Source of the DNA: Candidatus Bathyarchaeota archaeon
GTDB taxonomy: Archaea > Thermoproteota > Bathyarchaeia > TCS64
Reading direction: 5' to 3'
Length of the DNA: 64,000 nucleotides
Assembly: GCA_963769425.1 (NCBI GenBank)
Contig: CAVYLP010000003.1
Location: 224,001-288,000, forward strand
Positions within the stretch are counted from its first letter, which is position 1; each line of letters begins with the position of its first letter. A program made the translations under genes and the position numbers. Shown here piece after piece: positions 58,619 through 64,000 of this stretch. A model generated the notes under the pieces. The model saw only the letters and a list, made by a program, of their open reading frames with translations, was not told the origin of the DNA and searched no databases.

Positions 58619-59896
58619 TTACCCAAGCTCCTCGCCCATGACCTCGACGGCGTGGTCGAGCTCCTTCGTCGTGATGACGAGCGGCGGCTGGAACCTCATC
58701 ACGTTCGCCTTGACTCCTCCGGTGCCGACGAGGACGCCCTTCTTGCGCATCCCCTCCTTGAGTTTGTTCGTCTCCTCGGCTGCTGGGGCCTTCGTCTTCC
58801 TGTCCTTGACGAGCTCGACGCCAACCATGAGCCCCTTGCCCCTGACGTCGCCGATGAGCGAGTGCTTCTCCATCAGCTCCCTGAACCTCTTCGTGAGGTA
58901 CTCGCCCTTCTTGGCGCTGCCCTCGACGAGTTTCTCCTCCTTGAATATCTCGAGGTTCGCTATCGCAGCGGCACAGCAGACAGGGTTCCCGCCGAATGTG
59001 GAGAGGTGGTCACCGGGCTGAAGGGAATCACCCACATCACTCCTCGCGATGCAGGCGCTCAGCGGGAAACCCGCTGCTATGCCCTTCCCCATAGTCAGAA
59101 TATCGGGCTTCACATCATAGTGCTCGATGCCGAACATCTTCCCCGTGCGCCCGTAGCCGCTCTGAACCTCGTCGACGATGAGCAGGCTCCCGTGTGTGTC
59201 GAGTATCTTCTTCAGAATCGGGAAATACTCCTTCGGCGGTACGATGATACCGCCCTCACCCATTATGGGCTCCGCGATCAGCGCCGCCACGTTGTCGCTG
59301 CTGTGGTAGTTGATTATGTCCTCGAGCCTCCGTGCGCAGAGCACGCCACAGCTCGGGTACTCCTTCTCGAATGGGCACCGGTAGCAGTAGGCCGCCGTGT
59401 TGAAGCTCACCCCGCTGAGGTACGGGCCCATGTCGTAGCGCCTCCGCTTCGACTGACCCGTGATGCTCAGCGTCCCAACTGTACGCCCGTGGAAGCTGCA
59501 CTCCAGCGCGACCATCTCCTGCTTCTTCGTGAACTTCTTCGCCAGCTTCACCGCCGTCTCGTTCGCCTCAGCGCCACTGTTGCCGAAGAAGGTCTTCACC
59601 AGCCCCTTCGGGCTGATCTCCGCAAGCCTCTCCGCCAGCTCCGTCACCACGGGGCTGTGGTAGACGTACGGGCCATAGTGGATCAGCTTCCCCGCTTGGT
59701 CCTGCACCGCCTTCACAACCTTCGGCGGGCAGTGGCCGGCGTTGACGACGCTTATTCCCGCGAAGCAGTCGAGGTACTCCTTACCCTCCATGTCCACGAG
59801 GGTGGCGCCGTGCCCCCCCACAACAGCAATAGGCTCAAGCTTCGTGAAGCTGAGAATTCTGTACTTCTCGTCCTTTGAGAATACGTCGCTCGACAT
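58619..59896 (-). CDS. Class III aminotransferase (beta-alanine/AGXT2-like)
   Basis: NSGAEANE, FHGRT, EPIMGEGG, DEVQSGYGRTG, TFGGNP. Confidence 0.9.
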   Translation of the reverse strand: MSSDVFSKDEKYRILSFTKLEPIAVVGGHGATLVDMEGKEYLDCFAGISVVNAGHCPPKVVKAVQDQAGKLIHYGPYVYHSPVVTELAERLAEISPKGLVKTFFGNSGAEANETAVKLAKKFTKKQEMVALECSFHGRTVGTLSITGQSKRRRYDMGPYLSGVSFNTAAYCYRCPFEKEYPSCGVLCARRLEDIINYHSSDNVAALIAEPIMGEGGIIVPPKEYFPILKKILDTHGSLLIVDEVQSGYGRTGKMFGIEHYDVKPDILTMGKGIAAGFPLSACIARSDVGDSLQPGDHLSTFGGNPVCCAAAIANLEIFKEEKLVEGSAKKGEYLTKRFRELMEKHSLIGDVRGKGLMVGVELVKDRKTKAPAAEETNKLKEGMRKKGVLVGTGGVKANVMRFQPPLVITTKELDHAVEVMGEELG

Positions 59897-59998
59897 GACG
59901 AATCAAGAATAGTATAGCACTGGCGATAAAAAGGCTGAGACTGGCTACTGCCCGGTGAGGCGGCGGATAATGATGACTAGTCAAGATACGGCCCGCAT

Positions 59999-60274
59999 TT
60001 AGACCCCTTGCTCGATTAACTGCCTAAGCGCGGCAACCTCGCCCTTCAACTCGCTAAGTTCCGCGTCCCTCAATAATGGGGTAGCTACGCCGACAGCCGA
60101 CACGATAACACGGCCCAAACCCATTTTCTCAGTATTCGCGCTATTCTTCAGATACAACTTTGTGAATGCTATATGGCAAACCTCATCAAGATAAAGCAAT
60201 AATGACGCCCTATCAAGACTCGGCTTATCACGCAACTTCTCAAGGAATACCTTGGGCTTTTCAACCGCAACCAA
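59999..60274 (-). CDS. Hypothetical helical protein with C-terminal coiled coil
   Basis: ..LLRDAELSELKGEVAALRQ; lies at the edge of the AT-rich island. Confidence 0.5.
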   Translation of the reverse strand: MVAVEKPKVFLEKLRDKPSLDRASLLLYLDEVCHIAFTKLYLKNSANTEKMGLGRVIVSAVGVATPLLRDAELSELKGEVAALRQLIEQGV

Positions 60275-60373
60275 CTCAGTAAAATTTACAGGCGGAAATA
60301 CCTTACATATTTAGATGTGTCGATGCATGGCGGCCAGGCGTTGCCTCCCCGCGTTAGGATGTAAGTGATAGAA

Positions 60374-60739
60374 CTATGGGATATGCAATGTTTGAATCCT
60401 ATTATGTTTCTTTATCTCATCCTGTGTTTTGTTTTCTTTATCTGCTTTTTTTTGGCAATCATCTTCGTAGAGATATGCTCCTAAAATATTCACTGATTTG
60501 TATTTCACCCCATTCTTGTTAAGCTCATCTTGTTTCTTATTTCTGAATTCTCTTATTGCTCTATCAGTGTATTTCGCGTCTTCCGGTTTAGTGCGGAATA
60601 GAACCAATTTTATTTCAATATACTCGCATTCTGTGATAGATTCCTCAATTGGTTTATCTTGGTAAATGATTTTATAGGGTATCCAATATTTGAATAGTTC
60701 ACCCTCTAAAATGTTATCCGATGTTCTCTTTCCACTCAT
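60374..60739 (-). CDS. Hypothetical protein (AT-rich island)
   Basis: 121-aa ORF with ATG start. Confidence 0.55.
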   Translation of the reverse strand: MSGKRTSDNILEGELFKYWIPYKIIYQDKPIEESITECEYIEIKLVLFRTKPEDAKYTDRAIREFRNKKQDELNKNGVKYKSVNILGAYLYEDDCQKKADKENKTQDEIKKHNRIQTLHIP

Positions 60740-60828
60740 CTCAGGTCGATTAAGGTTTATCAGTCAATGGAGATTAAATTTTCTGTTAGGCGTGTTTAAT
60801 CTCAAATTTTCCATCCGTGGGCGTAAAT

Positions 60829-61053
60829 TCAAGAAAAGGGATTCCAACTTTTCTTCTCTTTACATCTATGATTTTCAGGTATATGGTGCGAAGAACACAA
60901 CACTTTACCGCATTTATGACACTTGTAGGCATTCTCAGATTTAGTTTGCATAAACCGTTTACCACAAAAACTACATCTAAGATAATGGTCACCCTTGATG
61001 GTATTCGACGTATTTGATTTACTAGTTTTTTTAAACCAATTTAGCGGATTCAT
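60829..61053 (-). CDS. AN1-type zinc-finger protein
   Basis: CSFCGK..YKCHKCGKVLCSSHHIPENHRC. Confidence 0.8.
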   Translation of the reverse strand: MNPLNWFKKTSKSNTSNTIKGDHYLRCSFCGKRFMQTKSENAYKCHKCGKVLCSSHHIPENHRCKEKKSWNPFS

Positions 61054-61068
61054 ATCCCCGCCACAAAA

Positions 61069-61626
61069 CGAGAACTGTCAATTTAATATTTGAAACCTTG
61101 GCGAGCGAGCGCACCCGATCCTCATCATGATAGTCTATTAATAAATTTTTAATATAAATGGAGTTCTAAATAAAAAAAGAGGATAGTATTGAATCTTAAT
61201 TCTATTATTTTTCCGACTGTTATCGTAGTTATATGTGTTGCCCTCCACGAATTAGGTCATTTTACAATGGCTAAATACTTTAAAAGATCAGCATGGTTTA
61301 GAGTAGGAAAAGTAAAAGGTATCCCTGCCATCATCACGTCTCATAAAAGAGAATTTGAGATTCATACTTATGTAGATTTGAAAAGGGCATTTAAAGAAGA
61401 GATTAAAATAACTCAAGCAGGTCTTCTAAGTGTAGTTTTACCACTATTCTTAATTTGTCTTTATCCCGCATTCTGGCAATTCTTTTTTATTGTCATCTTA
61501 CTTTTTATGATTTATACTATTTGGGAAATAGAATTTATAATTAATATCGAAGTCGAAAAAATTGAGAAATATAGTCTTTTCTGAATATTTGCATTAAGGC
61601 GAGAACTGTAAATTTAATATTTGAAA
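61069..61626. repeat. 27-bp direct repeat pair (26/27 identical) bracketing one gene
   Basis: CGAGAACTGT(C/A)AATTTAATATTTGAAA at 61069-61095 and 61600-61626. Confidence 0.85.
61189..61584 (+). CDS. Small membrane HExxH protein (M50/S2P-like)
   Basis: TM segment followed by LHELGH; further TM segments. Confidence 0.7.
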   Translation: MNLNSIIFPTVIVVICVALHELGHFTMAKYFKRSAWFRVGKVKGIPAIITSHKREFEIHTYVDLKRAFKEEIKITQAGLLSVVLPLFLICLYPAFWQFFFIVILLFMIYTIWEIEFIINIEVEKIEKYSLF

Positions 61627-61640
61627 TTTAGTACATATTG

Positions 61641-62177
61641 TTAAGCGAATAGTAAGGAAGGGTAGAAATAATAACTCCAATAGTTTATGCCAATTAAAAT
61701 AATGCTTAATATAATTAACATATAGAATGGTTTATGATCATTAAATATTCTAGCCATATAGTTTCTCCATCGCATTTTGAGTTCTGGTTTATTCTTATAT
61801 TTCCCAGTTCTTTGAGAAAACTCAGAGGCCGCTCTTTTTAAAAGATATAGTTGACTAAAATCGTAATTATCTGAATATTTTCCTTTTTTGCTCTCCTCTT
61901 TATTCGCTTCTATAAATCCTTCCCCAGTATATGTTTTAACATACATAACTGCCTCAATAAGGATTGAATAGTATCCTGCTCTGAGTAAAAAATAAGTCAT
62001 ACTTAAAAGAGACATCAATATAAACACAAAGAAGTTAAAATGAAAAGTGCTTATTATATCCCGCGCACCTAAAAGGGCTATTACTGTAGCTACCAAATAG
62101 CCAATATGAGCATGACTTTTTTGAGTAAACAAATTAATTAAAGTTGATCGAGTATTTTCTAATTCGTCCGCTACCAT
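61641..62177 (-). CDS. Hypothetical membrane protein (AT-rich island)
   Basis: 178-aa ORF with three hydrophobic segments. Confidence 0.6.
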   Translation of the reverse strand: MVADELENTRSTLINLFTQKSHAHIGYLVATVIALLGARDIISTFHFNFFVFILMSLLSMTYFLLRAGYYSILIEAVMYVKTYTGEGFIEANKEESKKGKYSDNYDFSQLYLLKRAASEFSQRTGKYKNKPELKMRWRNYMARIFNDHKPFYMLIILSIILIGINYWSYYFYPSLLFA

Positions 62178-62365
62178 AATGTTTCAAATACAAGTTAATT
62201 ATTAAAAATTATCGGGCATCGGGGTCGAGATATAACATCTCCCAAAGAGTGGCCCCGGCGTCCTCCATTTACTAAAAATGATGCGCGCGCGCCGAGGTGG
62301 CAGCGGCTCTCTGATACAACTCGATCGAGGAGAGTTCCGGGTGGGTGCTCATGAAACTAGGGGGC

Positions 62366-63160
62366 TCACGGCAGCGGTTGGAGCTCGCTCGGGAGTGGCT
62401 CGTGCTCCACCCAGGCCCTGATCATGGCGGCGAAGAGGTCGGGCTTCTCCATCCCCCAGTTGTGCCCGACGCCGGGGGCGACGACGCAGGGCACACCGGG
62501 GTGCTCCCCCCGAATCATGCGCGCCGACTTACTGATCAGCCCCGACTCCATCTCCCCGCAGACGACCAGCAAGCCGGACGCATCGGCTATGCTCGGCAGG
62601 GGGTAGGTCATGCTCTCCACGATCACCTGGGTGTAGAAGTCTGGGGTCATGAGCCTAGTGTCCGCCCTGAACTCGGCCTCGTACTCATCCGGGACGCTGA
62701 GCTGCCTCATGTTGGCGTGCACCATGAAGCCGGTGTTCTGGATGGGGGAGTACAGGAGGATTACCAGCTTCAGTAGGGGAGCCATGAGCCTTACGCTGCC
62801 GCTCGGCGACGTGTTCGTTCCGCTGACGATAACCCTGTCCATTAGCTCAGGGCACGTGCTCAGCAGCTGCAATGCGACCTGGCCGCCCAGGGATAGACCA
62901 ACGACGTGGACACGACCTATGGGGACGATTCCCCTGATTAGATTCGCGACCTCATCGGACGCCTTACTTATACTGATTGGGCCGTCAGCCGGGCTCAGCC
63001 CGTGCCCGGGCAGGTCCGGGACTATGCAGCGGTACCCGGGGAGCCTCTGGACCTGGGGGAGCCACGACCAGCCACTCATGCCACCCCCTGGGATGAGAAC
63101 GATCACCGGCGCATCCGAGGGGCCAGAATCCAAGTAATGTAGCAAGGAAACGCCCATCAC
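62366..63160 (-). CDS. Alpha/beta hydrolase
   Basis: DLPGHG, GLSLGG nucleophile elbow, GH. Confidence 0.88.
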   Translation of the reverse strand: MMGVSLLHYLDSGPSDAPVIVLIPGGGMSGWSWLPQVQRLPGYRCIVPDLPGHGLSPADGPISISKASDEVANLIRGIVPIGRVHVVGLSLGGQVALQLLSTCPELMDRVIVSGTNTSPSGSVRLMAPLLKLVILLYSPIQNTGFMVHANMRQLSVPDEYEAEFRADTRLMTPDFYTQVIVESMTYPLPSIADASGLLVVCGEMESGLISKSARMIRGEHPGVPCVVAPGVGHNWGMEKPDLFAAMIRAWVEHEPLPSELQPLP

Positions 63161-63164
63161 CCCT

Positions 63165-63983
63165 TTATTTTGGGCCAGATGACTTCGCAGCCTCCTCTTT
63201 GAGCTTCCACTTCGTGTACTCCATGAGGCCGATTATATTTGGGATGGCGGTCCTGCGCCTGCTGTCGTCTTCATCGATGCTGAGGCGGAGGATGGGGTCC
63301 TGCTCCTTTAGTAAGTCCCAGACCCCGTTCAGGTCCATCCCCTCTTTCACGCCACGCTCAACGATCTCGGCCCAAGTCTGCAACTCCCCCCTGTAGAACC
63401 TGAGCTTCTTCACCGCATCGTAGGCGTAGCCGAAGTGGCTGTAGCAGACTATCTCGGGACGGAGGTCGATGAGCTTGTCGAGGGTCTCGATGGCTTTGTC
63501 GGTGTTGAAGGGGGGTGGCGTTATTGGGAAGTTGTTCCCACTCCTCTTGTTGAAGCTCCCCCCGCAGTCCCCAAGGATTATTATCTTGTAGTCGGGCTCC
63601 CAGAAGCTCTGCCCGTGGCTCGCGTGCCCCGGCGTCCAGAGAACCTTGAGTGTCGCCCCCTGTAGATCGAGGACCTCCCCGTCCTTCGACTCCTGGATCT
63701 TCATCGGGTTCAGCCCCTTAACTTCCCCGTACTTCTCGTAGGCGGGGCCGAAGAACTGCTTCGCGGAGGCAGCGAGTCGACTAGGGTCGACTAGGTGCTC
63801 CACCGCCTTCGGGTGGGCGTAGACGTCGGCCTCGGGGTGTGCCTCTATGAGCTTCCACGCGCCACCGCCGTGGTCGAGGTGGATGTGGGTGAGCCCAACA
63901 TAGCGTAGTTGCCTTATCCCCAGCTCGCGAAGCCCCTCGATGGCGCCGGGTATCTGGGTCGTCGGTCCAGGGTCGATGAGCAT
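63165..63983 (-). CDS. MBL-fold metallo-hydrolase (5' end probably outside window)
   Basis: THIHLDHGGG, TPGHASH, GD, SHFG. Confidence 0.88.
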   Translation of the reverse strand: MLIDPGPTTQIPGAIEGLRELGIRQLRYVGLTHIHLDHGGGAWKLIEAHPEADVYAHPKAVEHLVDPSRLAASAKQFFGPAYEKYGEVKGLNPMKIQESKDGEVLDLQGATLKVLWTPGHASHGQSFWEPDYKIIILGDCGGSFNKRSGNNFPITPPPFNTDKAIETLDKLIDLRPEIVCYSHFGYAYDAVKKLRFYRGELQTWAEIVERGVKEGMDLNGVWDLLKEQDPILRLSIDEDDSRRRTAIPNIIGLMEYTKWKLKEEAAKSSGPK

Positions 63984-64000
63984 AGGCTCCTCCCCCTTCA

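Noticed and set aside
58652-59878. Long antisense ORFs (for example 408 aa here, also 36792-37652 and 26532-27179)
   Set aside because: Shadows of GC-rich genes on the opposite strand with no recognisable motifs.

Overview
Archaeal chromosomal segment. Gene content (rps25e, class I LysRS, a non-catalytic-looking tRNA-splicing endonuclease subunit, BHB-intron tRNAs) fits a TACK-lineage organism, most likely Bathyarchaeia; this is an inference. Most of the window is housekeeping: the rpl3-secY ribosomal superoperon, hisS, lysS, ileS, rpo6, rpo7, spt4, coaBC, nucS, nth, nfo, hflX, three tRNAs, an ABC exporter and two amino-acid/amine catabolic clusters. Several core genes (nucS, endA, secY, argF-like, possibly lysS) are broken by single-base insertions, most likely assembly errors. 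The main unexplained signal is a non-coding repeat family of 16-17 bp quasi-palindromic TWCC-N8/9-GGWA units on a 21-22 bp lattice. It occurs as two tandem sub-arrays at about 3.2-3.7 kb and again, as alternating inverted pairs, at about 40.0-40.25 kb. The first locus is flanked by an unannotated 58-aa C2H2 zinc-finger gene, a terminase-ATPase-like pseudogene and a zinc-knuckle protein gene. Other points of interest are a GXHH-type IleRS with an Ile-rich mini-ORF beside it, a C/D-box-like sRNA, a transcarbamylase with an altered substrate motif, a probable pseudo-rhomboid, and an AT-rich island containing a gene bounded by direct repeats.
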